A stretch of DNA of 64,000 nucleotides from Ylistrum balloti. Its lineage: Eukaryota. The notes under the pieces are model-generated. The model ran no database searches. It was not told where the DNA came from and saw only the letters and a list, made by a program, of their open reading frames with translations. Of this stretch, positions 25,287-38,061 are shown piece by piece. How positions within the stretch are numbered: position 1 is the stretch's first letter; each line of letters begins with the position of its first letter. The translations under genes were made by a program, and so were the position numbers. Location: assembly GCF_031769215.1 (NCBI RefSeq), contig NW_026781899.1:310001-374000 (forward strand), read 5' to 3'.

Positions 25287-27130
25287 ACTAGTGTGATAAT
25301 GTACAACACAAACTGTAGGTGTCCCCCCCCCACAACTAGTGTGATAATGTACAACACACACTGTAGGTGTCCCCCCCCCCAACTAGTGTGATAATGTACA
25401 ACACAAACTGTAGGCGTCTCCCACCCCCCCAACTAGTGTGATAATGTACAACACAAACTGTAGGTGTCCCCCCCACCAACTAGTGTGATAATGTACAACA
25501 CAAACTGTAGGTGTCCCCCACCCCCCCCCCCCCCAACTAGTGTGATAATGTACAACACAAACTGTAGGTGTCCCCCCCACCAACTAGTGTGATAATGTAC
25601 AACACAAACTGTAGGTGTCCCCCCCAACTAGTGTGATAATGTACAACACAAACTGTAGGTGTCCCCCCCCCAACTAGTGTGATAATGTACAACACAAACT
25701 GTAGGCGTCCCCCACCCCCCCAACTAGTGTGATAATGTACAACACAAACTGTAGGTGTCCCCCCCACCAACTAGTGTGATAATGTACAACACAAACTGTA
25801 GGTGTCCCCCCCCCCCCCCCCCCCCAACTAGTGTGATAATGTACAACACAAACTGTAGGTGTCCCCCCCACCAACTAGTGTGATAATGTACAACACAAAC
25901 TGTAGGTGTCCCCCCCCAACTAGTGTGATAATGTACAACACAAACTGTAGGTGTCCCCCCTCCAACTAGTGTGATAATGTACAACACAAACTGTAGGTGT
26001 CCCCCCCAGCTAGTGTGATAATGTACAACACAAACTGTAGGTGTCCCCCCCCAACTAGTGTGATAATGTACAACACAAACTGTAGGTGTCCCCCCCAGCT
26101 AGTGTGATAATGTACAACACAAACTGTAGGTGTCCCCCCCAACTAGTGTGATAATGTACAACACAAACTGTAGGTGTCCCCCCTCCAACTAGTGTGATAA
26201 TGTACAACACAAACTGTAGGTGTCCCCCCCAACTAGTGTGATAATGTACAACACAAACTGTAGGTGTGCCCCCAACTAGTGTGATAATGTGCAACACAAA
26301 CTGTAGGTGTCCCCCCCCAACTAGTGTGGTAATGTACAACACAAACTGTAGGTGTCCCCTCCCCCCAACTAGTGTGATAATGTACAACACAAACTGTAGG
26401 TGTCCCAGCCCACCAACTAGTGTGATAATGTACAACACAAACTGTAAGTGTCCCCCCCAACTAGTGTGATAATGTACAACACAAACTGTAGGTGTCCCCC
26501 ACCCCCCAACTAGTGTGATAATGTACAACACAAACTGTAGGTGTCCCTCCCCCCCAACTAGTGTGATAATGTACAACACAAACTGTAGGTGTCCCCCCCC
26601 AACTAGTGTGATAATGTACAACACAAACTGTAGGTGTCCCCCCCCCAACTAGTGTGATAATGTACAACACAAACTGTAGGTGTGCCCCCAACTAGTGTGA
26701 TAATGTACAACAAAAACTGTAGGTGTCCCCCCCCAACTAGTGTGATAATGTACAACACAAACTGTAGGTGTCCCCCCCAACTAGTGTGATAATGTACAAC
26801 ACAAACTGTAGGTGTGCCCCCCAACTAGTGTGATAATGTACAACACAAACTTAGGTGTCCCCCCCCAACTAGTGTGGTAATGTACAACACAAACTGTAGG
26901 TGTCCCCTCCCCCCCCCAACTAGTGTGATAATGTACAACACAAACTGTAGATGTCCCCCATCCCCCCAACTAGTGTGATAATGTGCAACACAAACTGTAG
27001 GTGTCCCCCCCCCCAACTAGTGGGGTAATGTACAACACAAACTGTAGGTGTCCCCTCCCCCCCCCCAACTAGTGTGATCATTTACAACACAAACTGTAGG
27101 TGTCCCCTCCCCCACCCCCCCACCCCCCAT
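25287..27130. repeat. Minisatellite: 37-bp constant core plus variable C tract, about 40 units
   Basis: AACTAGTGTGATAATGTACAACACAAACTGTAGGTGT followed by C-rich tracts of about 5-20 nt. Confidence 0.97.
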
Positions 27131-28838
27131 GTTAAATCATGTAAAACATCAACTTTGCTTGGTTTTTCTCTTGATTACTCTTAAGGTTATATATTAATGT
27201 ACATACAGTGTAGTTACACTTGGATATTGTTGTCACTGGATTATGACATCTCTACCTTGGAGCAGTCAGCTTGATAATTCCGACCAGAAACAAATAATAG
27301 ATACATGTATCATAATGAATGCTTTTGTTAAGACAGTGCATTATCTCCCTTGGTTAGAGTATGAATGGTCACACTTTCGAGAGATGGAATAGCAACGTCT
27401 AATTTAGGTCCACTTTGTGGTTGATTTTTTTCTGTATGTATATACATGGAGTGATTCAAATATTGTTAAAAGAAATATATTGAATGAAAATCTAAATATG
27501 CTGAAAAAATTGTTGATCTCAAACCAATCGTCTTTGTTTTCACGTAATATATATGTTATTTTTTACTTATCAATAAATTTACATTTGTTGCCATACAACT
27601 ATTTTGTTATATATATATATCTTTTCAATTTCTGACTTCCTGGAATTTATTAGATGTAACTGTAATATTATACAGTTGCCACACTACATGTATGTAGTGG
27701 CTCTTTGTTGCATAGACATTAAACAAACTTCTTTAAAAATTACTTTTATGTAATCCATGTCTACTACGTGTCCAACATGATTTGAGAACTTCCACTTGGA
27801 AAACCTTATTAATTGGGTTCATCAGTACATGTACATTTTATTGAAAACAAAAATTCATTTCATCGGTTTTTAAGATTTATTTTACAAATCGGTCAATAGT
27901 GATGACATTACCAGTAAATTGAATTTATTACGAATCTCATGATACCTTGGTACATGTACAATGTACACCTAGGACTTGAACTTCAATATTTGATCAACAT
28001 TCATACATGGACAGGAGAATGCTGTAGCAAGGATATGATTTGAAAACCAAATTAACAAGAATTCAAGAACTACTTGACAAAAAGCAGCTACTTCTGTCTT
28101 GGTGTTTTACAGAAATAAAGACTCAATGCAAGATTAAAATTAATCTTTAAGGCTAACAAGTAGTTTTCTATCACATACAAAATACATGTCATAGAAAGCT
28201 ATTTTCCTGTAAATCAACTTAACAAAATGAAACTAGAAAATGTCTTATAGACATGAGTGCCCCCAATCCCATGCATATAAGTATCAGTGTTTGAGGACTT
28301 TGCAGAAATTTGACCTTTAACCCTTTAACCTTGACTGTTGACCGCTTTTTCTTCCCTCTTCTCTAATAAAATGGAGGCAGAGGCATGAAATAGTTTGAAG
28401 CCTTCTCTAAGTTTTAGAATAACTTTCAGAAAATTATTCAGAAAAATATTAGTACAATAAATGTCATTCCCATGCATTAACAGGAATAAGCCACCGTCTC
28501 CTCGGTTCTTCAGTTCTTTAATTATTTTCAAAGTAATAAATATTTCAAATAAATAAATAAAGTTAAAATTCAACACAATCATTCATCAACAATGGTAAAA
28601 ATAATCAATTTATCAAAGAGTTAAATGAAAGTAGGTTAGTACTTTCAAAGTTAAGATTTCATGTGTACAATGACATGATCAAAAATACTTCTTCAACACA
28701 AGACAGACTAACTTCTAGTAACATACATGTATGTTAAGAAACTACAATTGCCAATTAAATGCCATCCTGCAGCAGTATGATTGTAAGAAACAGTTTAAAA
28801 TACATATCTTAACTCCATAACTTTGTTTAAGAGATATA

Positions 28839-29044
28839 CTGCAAAATCATAAATTTTCATGAGGCTCAAATTTTGTGGTTTTCCAAAATTATACATTTTT
28901 GTTGACACTTGACTTTAATTTGCTCACAAAATCAATTGGTACTATATTGCATGTCAAGCTTCTATCTGTATACGATTTCATGGATTTAGAGTACCTACAG
29001 ATTAAACAAAAATAAATCCCCCACAAAAAATAATCATTTTACAG
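28839..29044. mobile_element. TA-flanked MITE (CTGYAAAAT ends)
   Basis: TA-CTGCAAAATCAT...ATCATTTTACAG-TA; related pieces at about 6250-6440 and 49450. Confidence 0.6.
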
Positions 29045-29481
29045 TATACATACATGTAATACACAGGATATGTTTAAAATAGTATGGAGACAGCCAGATG
29101 AAATGTTTTTAACAGTATGTGTGTTTATATTGATCAGTCACCCTGTCAACAATGGTCATTTTAAACTGATATAATTTGCTGGTAGACAGGAAAATGTTAA
29201 GCCCTAGTAAAGTGAACTGGTGGTTTTATTTTCACAACTTTGCTGGGTAATATTAATCCACAAATCCATATTTGTACAAAATGATAAAAAGTTGAAATTA
29301 ACATTACTTTTGAACTGGAGGATTTTGGGTAGAAGTTGAAAACACAAGGTGCTCCTATTTACTGCTGTCGAATTGCAAACTGTCATTGAAAAAAAAAAAC
29401 TTTAAACTTTTAGCTCTATGGAAATATCTGATACTCCAGACCAATTTTGGCAGGCAATGAACTTTACACACACTATCATAT

Positions 29482-29734
29482 CAACAACTGGGGGGTAAAG
29501 ACACAACATCCCGCAATCAGTGAAATCAGGAAATTCCTTTCGGGAACAGTCATGGATCCAAAAGGATACAGGGTATCCACTATAAATAAGTAGAATAGAC
29601 ATCGAGAGATTTATTCCTGCTAAGAGTCATCAGATGACGGATCACTTAGATCCGAAACATGTAAACAACTCTTAGTATGAATAAATCGTGCATTGGACCG
29701 GAACTGCTTCGTGTTGTGCCTACTCTCGACGTCT
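29482..29734 (+). mobile_element. 253-bp hammerhead-bearing insert (retrozyme/Penelope-derived candidate)
   Basis: Flanked by exact 14-bp direct repeats ACACACTATCATAT (29468-29481, 29735-29748). Confidence 0.6.
29608..29687 (+). ncRNA. Minimal type I hammerhead ribozyme-like motif (U4A variant)
   Basis: CAGATGA-C-GGATC/GATCC-GAAAC-AT-GT-A core closed by a long stem I (GATTTATTC/GAATAAATC; TGCTAAGAGT/ACTCTTAGTA). Confidence 0.7.
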
Positions 29735-31192
29735 ACACACTATCATATGTATAATAGGCCCTCACCTAGAAATTCTTCAAAAATATCTACGTACATGTAC
29801 ACATCATTAATTCCATATACAACATATCATCCGGCACAATGTTACACATATATATAAGTAAAAATAGTTGAAATTATTTAGCAAAATGACCAAATACAAG
29901 GAAAATGTGAGGTCCAAAAATATTGCTTTGGATATTGGATCAGCAACTGTTTTTGTTACTAATTTAAAGTTAGCTGTCTGTTAGTTCAATCTAACTCAAT
30001 GTAGGTCATTATACTATTACATGATGGCAATGGCAAGTATATTTAATATCAAATGTCAATCCAGGTCGTTATACATTGTTGAATATCTTTTTATATTGAT
30101 GCCCAATATGCTGATGAATTAATTTGATGCAAGTATTTACTGGTAATAAGATTTTGAATGTAAAATGACATTTTGTTATTATGCAATCAGTATAAACATC
30201 GGAATTTTAAGTAGATGCTTTCACACTTTCACATTCCTTTCCTAATTAACTTTTCCAGGTCTGCAGGAGGTAGTTTCACATCTTTCTACTTCAATCATAG
30301 GATTTCATCTGAAGACAATGTCCCAATTCAAGAACCAGCTCTGGGAATGACAAGATTTTACTTGACAGATCCACAAAATGCATCAGGGGTGTTGAAGCTG
30401 GAAATGAAAACGGAAAATTATTCCTACTACTTTCAGAACATTTTAACAATTTTAAGTGTCGACAAATTTTACTGTCAGATTGTGTATATCTCTTTTTTCC
30501 TTTTTATCAAATTTTATCAAAGTTATTCATAAATGTAGAAAACATCTGCAAATGAGTCAAGATGTCTCTTATTTCATAAAAATTGCATGTAGCATCGAAA
30601 AATATAAATGCCTTTATATGTCATCTATTTAGAAGTTGGAATAAGTACAAAAAGTGACTTGAGTACTAGTCTATCAAATTTATGCATAGTTCAGACAACC
30701 AAAACATGTTACTAAAGGGGAAAAACTAAAACCGTTTCCATCTGCAATTCAATCTTACCTTTCATTATAACAGATTGCTGATCAAGAGCTGCTACCAATG
30801 TATGCATAGTGTGTTTGTAGTTCATGGACACAAGCATCAACATCCATGAACTTGTACATGTAGTTCTTCAGTCGGTGGCCTTTTTTTCTGTCGCAAATTA
30901 AACTGGCAGTAGGTTAGATCTGTTAACTTGAAATTCCTGGTTAAGTATAAATGTCAGACTTTCTGGACAAACAATTTTTTTTATTCTACAGCCTTCCAAA
31001 CTTTCTGAATCATGTTACATTCTAGACATCTGAGATTTACTTTGATTTCAAGTTATCATAAATCAAATTTTTCTGAGTTATTGGTGATTTTTAAGGCTTG
31101 TATCAAAACAAGTATGAAGTCATTTACATGTAAAATTTGTAATTGTGATATTGTCATTTGTTTCCATGTCAACGTAAAACGCACGATAAATC

Positions 31193-32754
31193 TTAATCAG
31201 AATCTATTTCTTTCTTGACGTAAACTTCGGTGTCCAAAACTGGAATTACAGCTACACAATGATCAGGAGAATCATAATTTTTAACTTCTGGAACAGGTTT
31301 AGGTACTGGAGTATCTTCTTCTTTAGAAAGATAAATGTAAGCAAGATTTTGGGACTGTGAAGGCTGTTCTTTTACTGACTCACGATTAATATCTGTTTGA
31401 TGTGAATGTTCTCTTGAACAAGGATCTTTTTCAGAAACTTCAAACGCATGGTCAATATTGCCAGTCATTCCGGCATTGTCCTCATTCACAAACTGACTCT
31501 GTGCAGACTGCTCTGCCAGTGAACCATGATTGACATAAGCCTGATGACTAAAACGTTCATATTCTGAGTCAACACTTTCTATTTTGACATCAGTCTCAGG
31601 ATTTGTCTGATGCTGTGAATTTGAGTGCAGAAGATCAAATTCTGGGTCAACTGGTTCACTCTTTATTTCATTTCCTGGGTAGTTATCAAACTCTTGATCA
31701 CTGATGTCGCATGCCATATCTTGGTGTTTCCTTAAAGCTGCTGAAGATTGTGAAATTAAACAACTTTTCCCTGATTTGACTCGTTTTCCAATCTTGACAT
31801 ACATCTTTCCACTTGAGTGGTTTTCTACTCGTTCATCACAATCATCATGTTCATCTTCCTCCTCCTCATTAGAATCATCGTCATCTTCATTGTAATTTGA
31901 ATGGGTGTCAAATCTTAACTTGTATTGTGACTGGCCTATATGCATTGTGGTTGGTGATGAATGATTACTGTTATATGTATTTCTATAGGAGCTAGAAGCC
32001 TCTCCTCCTAAACCTCCTACACCTGTAAAATCAAAGGAAGTTGGCTCAAAGTTGTCATTATTTGGTAGCTTTGATGGTGTACGCCTTTTCTTATAAACTC
32101 TTGGCTTTTTAACAATGAGTTTGTCATGTTCACTGGGTGGCCGTACTATATACACAACCTTTGTTACAGGTTTAATTGATCCTGGCATTGACTCATTCAA
32201 TTGCTCTAATTTCTCATATGTGTTCTGTGAAGGTTTCGTTTTCTGAGCTAACGAATCCACATCAGAAGTTTTTTCGCATGATGAGCAGATAACATTATCT
32301 TTTTCAAAGTGCTTGTGTCGTTTAAAGACTTTTTGCCCATTACAGCCAAACAACAGGTTCCTAAAGCACAAACAACATTGTACAACATTTGGATTAGGTT
32401 CCTTTGGTGTTCCGTTATCTTTTTCCCATTCTATATGGTACTTTGAAGGTCTCCCCCGAGTTCGCTTTTTTTCGTGGCTAGTGCTTACAGTCTGGTATGC
32501 TTTTGGTGTGCTGTTTAGCTTTGAAGCAATTTCAAAACCTATAAGTCCTGGTCCCATATGATCATAATCCTCCTTCATTAAATTCATGTCAGCATTGTAA
32601 CAACCTGAAGACTTATATTGATCAGATGTTGATCCTGTATGTTGGTTGTAATTTGGTGTTGATTCCACATGCTGATTATTGTCATATGTTGATCCAGCCA
32701 GTTCCTCTTTTTCAGATTTTGCTCTTATTTGTTCATGAACTGGCTGATCCAGAG
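31193..32754 (-). CDS. Uncharacterised AT-hook/C4-motif nuclear protein (paralog B), large terminal exon
   Basis: About 520-codon open frame after acceptor TTTACAG; RGRP motif, CxxC..CxxC motif, acidic tract. Confidence 0.85.
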
Positions 32755-33334
32755 CTGTAAATAAAACATAAAAAAAATTAATATCGTACAACTGAGGAAT
32801 ATAAAAAAATAATCCAGCTACAACTTCATAAGAAATAAACTGACATAACTAAAATGTATGAATCAAAAAAGATATGTGTCATTGTTGTGCTTAAAGTCAT
32901 AAATATCACTTGTAATTATGATGATTGGATCATTTCTATTTAAAGAAAAGATGGTACAACTTGATAAACGTCTTGTAAAATATGCATGTGTGGTTCAACA
33001 GTTTTGTGAACTGCATGCTATCTAGAACTACTGACATCAGACACTTTTCATGTGTAACCACATATAGAATACTACCTGTTGGAGGAGACCCGACTTTCTC
33101 TCTGCGATTGACATATGCAGATTGATAGCAGGAATCCTTCTCAACATCATAGGCTTCTAAAGTAGTTGGAATCAGTTCTGATGTTCTGTCAGAATATCAG
33201 CGTCACCACAGTCAGATATCTGGAGTGTGCATACACCACAGATAGTCCTTCAAAAGGACTAATGCAATGTATTGTTAGAAGTAAAAAAGGGAATACAAAT
33301 TAGTTTGTGAAAGAACATGAAAAATACTAATTCC

Positions 33335-33545
33335 TTCCGCGCGTCCCGAACAGGAATCGAACCCTTAGTTTCCGACATGATAATCCACGGCTCTACCAGG
33401 CAGAGTAAAATGCTTTCCACGCTCAGTGACAACTCGACCTATTTTGTGGTACATGTACAAGCCACAACGATCCGCTATGTAAATAACATGAACTCCTGAC
33501 TATTTTGAACTTCATTTTTCGCCATACACGTCAATGGACCTAGAT
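33335..33545 (-). mobile_element. Repeat with degenerate tRNA-like segment in paralog B intron
   Basis: TGGTAGAGC A-box-like and GGTTCGATTCC B-box on minus; no intact cloverleaf. Confidence 0.45.
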
Positions 33546-33629
33546 GATCATATTATTTCTACCGGGGAATTAGCGACCGGATCACTCAGGACGCGTCCCT
33601 TTCAATTACATTAATACTAAAGTCCTTAC

Positions 33630-33735
33630 CTAGAATTTCATTGCGTTTTCTTCTGTTTTTGGCTGTCCTTACTTTGTCCTTTTCTTTACGCACACGATAG
33701 GGTTGCTGTTTTATTTTCCGTGGCATTGTGGACAT
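33630..33735 (-). CDS. Paralog B exon 1 (MSTMPRKIKQQPYRVRKEKDKVRTAKNRRKRNEIL)
   Basis: ATG, 106 nt, donor G|GTAAG, phase 1 matches the terminal exon; ends EIL like paralog A. Confidence 0.75.
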
Positions 33736-33908
33736 CAGAAAAACGGAAGAGAACGCCAATTTACATGGAATATAAGTTGAAAATCCTCTTCTTCAGTCAT
33801 TCAGACAAAATTTAACCGGAAACAGCACTTCAATTATAAACTTCAGTCGTGACTCAGTCCGGTGTGAAAAATCCGGATGCGGTGGAAACCAACACTTCTC
33901 GCCCAAAT

Positions 33909-34144
33909 CAGGGACGTATAAGAATTAAACTAGGCCCGGGGTTGATTTCTCTTGCTTTAACTTTTAGATCACTACACCATGAATTAGCGAAGTCACCACT
34001 TCTTACTGATGCCAATGAGTTAGCACTGACCAGCCTAACCAGGGCCATTTTGACCACCAGTGAGATGTGAATTTAATTTATTTTAATAAATTAAAGTAAC
34101 TTATCACAAACCGTATAGGAGTCAGTCTGTAATATACGTCCCTG
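33909..34144. mobile_element. 236-bp MITE-like element with 12-bp TIR CAGGGACGTATA
   Basis: Perfect 12-bp inverted ends, one base different from the footprint family; 7-bp flanks match only 4/7. Confidence 0.45.
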
Positions 34145-34334
34145 GCTAAACCCAGAAAATAATATCAATCTAGCGCATGGAAATTATGTTGGTATGGATT
34201 AGTGCAAGTTAATAATAGCCACATGAACATTCTCTCTGTGACGTATTGTAGCTTTATCTAGATCTGTGGTGTAAAATAAACGTTGCTTTTTTCGTATGTA
34301 ATTGGAAGAACTAACGACAAACACCCTGTCATCA

Positions 34335-34532
34335 CTCGGGTTCGAACTAGTAACTCTTCGGTCTCTAGCCGGACACTCTAGCGCTCGACTAATGAGAAGC
34401 AACTTGACTGGGGCTCGAACTAGCAACCTTTACGCGGTCTCTAGGCGGACACTCTTGCGCTCGGCTAAAGAGAAGCAACTTTGCTGGGGTTCGAACTAGC
34501 AACCTTTCCGCGGTCTCCAGGCGGACACTCTA
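34335..34532 (-). repeat. Tandem tRNA-like units (73-76 bp, about 2.7 copies)
   Basis: TCGAAC at 34342, 34415, 34491; A/B-box-like motifs on minus. Confidence 0.7.
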
Positions 34533-35379
34533 CATACTTTTTTTAATTTACAGTGTGATCATTTTTGGCTATGTTGATCAGGTATATGGATATAAACAGA
34601 ACAAAACCTTATCTTCAACGATGGAGTAAGTCCAGTCATGGGAACAGCCAAAAAAGAAGCAATCTGACTTTACACTACATATATATGGACACACTGGGTG
34701 TTTGTAGGTTAGCACTGTTGTATTAAACTGGAGACGACCAAACGTAGATATTTGTGAAAAAAATCATTTTCAACAGATGACATTATTTTTTCTCAGTCCT
34801 GTGTATAATATATAGAGATGTACAAGACTGACTGTACAGACTTTCAGCGAGGGTTTTTACCAATGAATTACCAGAAAACAATGTAGCCTAGAGGAATTAG
34901 AAAGTAAAACAAGCAGTTGCTTTTTGATTGAGTTTCTTTCAAATTCCAATATTCCTAACAATTTCAGTAACCCAATAAAAAACAAAAAACCTGGGGACAA
35001 AACCCTACTTATGTATGACTTGGGGCCTTTATCTTACCAAGAATATGTTTATTATTCTTATATTTGCCAGTAAAAAAACCCAAAAAAGCCAGACCTCAGT
35101 TTTATTAATCTTCCCTAACTTCAGAAGTTGATGCCCAGGGGAAAGCGTTGCATACGTTAAAGAAATTTCCTTAAATTCTTTCTCTTTCTTAAACTTACGT
35201 AATGCTTTTCTGTGGTAGTTACGGTCTATTTAAAGGTTAAGATTTGTGAAATTGGGACCGGGCTTTTGATATTTGAACCATATGTCTTGACCTATGGCAA
35301 TACCTTAACAAATTATTTAAAGACAGTTAAGAGATAAATTAAGACGAAAATTAGCCACGGATTTAAATTTCTTTCCATA

Positions 35380-36670
35380 AGGTCATCAAGTATATACCAG
35401 TATGACTGAAAATTCGACATTGACCTCTGACCTGACGACCTTAGTACAGGTGACCTGCCTATAATTGGGTCATATTTGCCTCGTGAAGTCGTATTTATCA
35501 GAATATACATGCTATTAATATCAGTATACCACCATTATCTCAAGGTCATCGTAATTTTTCATTTTCGGAACATATTTCAAATGTAATGAATGCTGACCAC
35601 TGGTGATGTGTGGACCTTTTCAGCACAATTTGGTAAAACATTATAATAAAATTGTATACTTATATATACATTTGACCTTGAAGTTAAGATCATAGTGACC
35701 TAATCAGTAATATCAGTGCATGGCATATACCTATGTTTAATGAAATACTAAGGTAAACTTTCATTCGGTTTCATTTTTCATCCAGAAAAATTGCCAACAT
35801 GTACTATAAATATCCAATTATCGGACCTTTATCCTTAATCTTTCCATAAATATCTCAATCCTAGACTTTCTGGGCTATAGCAACTTGTATTGACTTTTGA
35901 CCATAACATTACGCCAAGCTTTAGCAGTTGACCAATAAACAAATTTGTACAATCGAGATTCCAATGTGGCTATTTCTGTGACGAAGTACAAAAGTCCGTA
36001 ACACAGTGACCATACTCTACGACATGACAAAGCCATTTCAAAGTGCACCCTTGGAGGAATATCAGCACTATAGGTTTACCAGCATGGGAAATATGGCTTG
36101 AATAAATGGTTGCCATGACCGGGGTAAAGGTCAAGGTCACTGTGAACTACACGTACTTCTAATATACTACACACTGCCACCCACAGGTGTACCCCAAGTT
36201 GCCACATTTGGTATGAAAAGATAGTATAATGAAATTTGGCCCTAAAAATATATATTTCTGGAATGGTCCATGTCAAGGTCACAACAACCTAATTTTAAGA
36301 CACAGCAACCAAAGGAACCACCCTGGCAACTTTGGTATTATAAGGTTAAATTGTATAGGAAATATGATCAAAATAGGCTCTTTGTATGATTGAAGTCAAA
36401 GATCTATATCAAGGTCAAAGCTTCATGTTCTGTCATAGCACACCAGCATCCCAAGGAGGTGTAAAATTTATACTGTAGTACTAGGTTGTATGGTAGTGGC
36501 AACATGGTCAAAGTCAGGTATTTCCATAATTGAGGTCAAAGGTCAATGCCAAGGTCAAATGATGTGTCCATATGCAACAAAGGTAGCTTTACAAAAATAA
36601 AATGGTATATGAAATATAGTATATAGAGGTTAAGGTCAAACTGAGGTGAGATTAATGTCAAAATCACATG
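35380..36670. repeat. Degenerate interspersed repeats rich in TGACCT(T)/AAGGTCA motifs
   Basis: Many TGACC/GGTCA motif copies; family not assigned. Confidence 0.4.
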
Positions 36671-37717
36671 AAGTGTTTCAAGTGGTGTTACACAGATGTT
36701 TCATGTTATCTATCCCTGTGACACAAAATGCAGATCAAGGTCATTTACAAACACTCCGTTTTGAGTGCCTTCAGTATACTTGAAAGAAGATAGGTTCTTC
36801 AATGAAGGATATCCTTGGATGCTGAATTTTAAAGCTGCCGAAGCCAGGACAATGCTAGGGTCACCTGATTGGAATCTCTTCGATCCTTTGGAAGTTCTTC
36901 CATTTTTCAGACATGCCTCTCTCCAAATTTTGGAAACTTTATGGCTCTGCATGAATTTAACACATATTTCAATAACTTATGTCATGTATTTCCAAGATGC
37001 TTTATCAGTTTTCTATGAATGACTTTGAGGTAATTTCAAGTATGCATGTGTTTCAACATAGAGACTATACAAGGGGAGGTATATGCTGATCAAAATTCTT
37101 CACAGGTAAAAAATATCGAAACAACACACCTGGTGTTGTCTTATAATTTCTGAGCTGGGGTGTTGTGTATCAAATAAACTTATCAGATGTAAATATATAT
37201 ATCTGAATGGTTGAAATGTGAGTTACAGTACACCTTTTCATGGTAATAATAGTATAAAGTTTCAGAGATTGAAATTACATACACCACAGGCAGAAGATAC
37301 ATGTACCTGTGCATAAACTAAACAGGAACTGTTCTTAAATTACTGAAGTTAGACGACTGAATGCCCCATTTTTATCATAAGATCAGTTTTAGAATGAACA
37401 AAGGGCCAGAATTCTGTTTATACAAATGTAGTCAGATGACAATCTAGGTGATTCCAGTATGCAACACTAATATGTTCATAGAAGTACATAATATTGTTAA
37501 TTCAACAGGATCTCCTTCAGTACAGTATTAATGAATAGTGAAACTTCTCATTTAATAAAATATTGATGTTTTGTTGGTTATCATGTATGAGACATTTGCA
37601 GTAGAATTTTTTTCAAATCACTTACAGTTTTTGAAGGTCCTAGGGGCATTGTTTAATGTTCTCTGACCAATGGCAGTTTGTGTTTCTCAGTAAGTTGAGA
37701 AAGTGATCAGTCTGTGC

Positions 37718-37875
37718 AGACGTGGTCCTTGGTAAAGGCACTTTACCCTAATTGCTCTAGACAGCATGCTACGAGCCTTGTGTAGGTTGTTCTATGGGAT
37801 ACAATATCTTAAGGAGTCCCCACCTCAAAACGACCTGGCTGTTCACGGGGCGATAAACGCAGCATACAAACAAAA
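37718..37875 (+). mobile_element. SINE-like fragment
   Basis: GTCCTTGGTAAAGGCACTTTACCC core and ...GATAAACGCAGCATACAAACAAAAC tail. Confidence 0.45.
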
Positions 37876-38061
37876 CTGATACAATATGTCTATATAGATT
37901 CAGGAATATCTAAATGCACCTGTAATATTTATTGGATCTTGACAAGCCTTTATTTCCATATATTATGATCACCTGTAATATTTAAGCCAATCTTTTTAAA
38001 TGTTAACAAACAATCAAACACCGTTATATTTTACATTTTATTAGCTGTTATTACATCTAAA

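Noticed and set aside
25287-27130. CRISPR-like repeat/spacer alternation
   Set aside because: The spacers are only C-rich tracts, there are no cas genes, and the context is eukaryotic; it is a minisatellite.
33335-33410. Possible functional tRNA on minus
   Set aside because: A/B boxes are present but there is no acceptor or anticodon stem pairing; treated as repeat-derived.
36710-37022. Overlapping 80-85 aa ORFs on both strands
   Set aside because: No recognisable motif and no phase-compatible partner exons.
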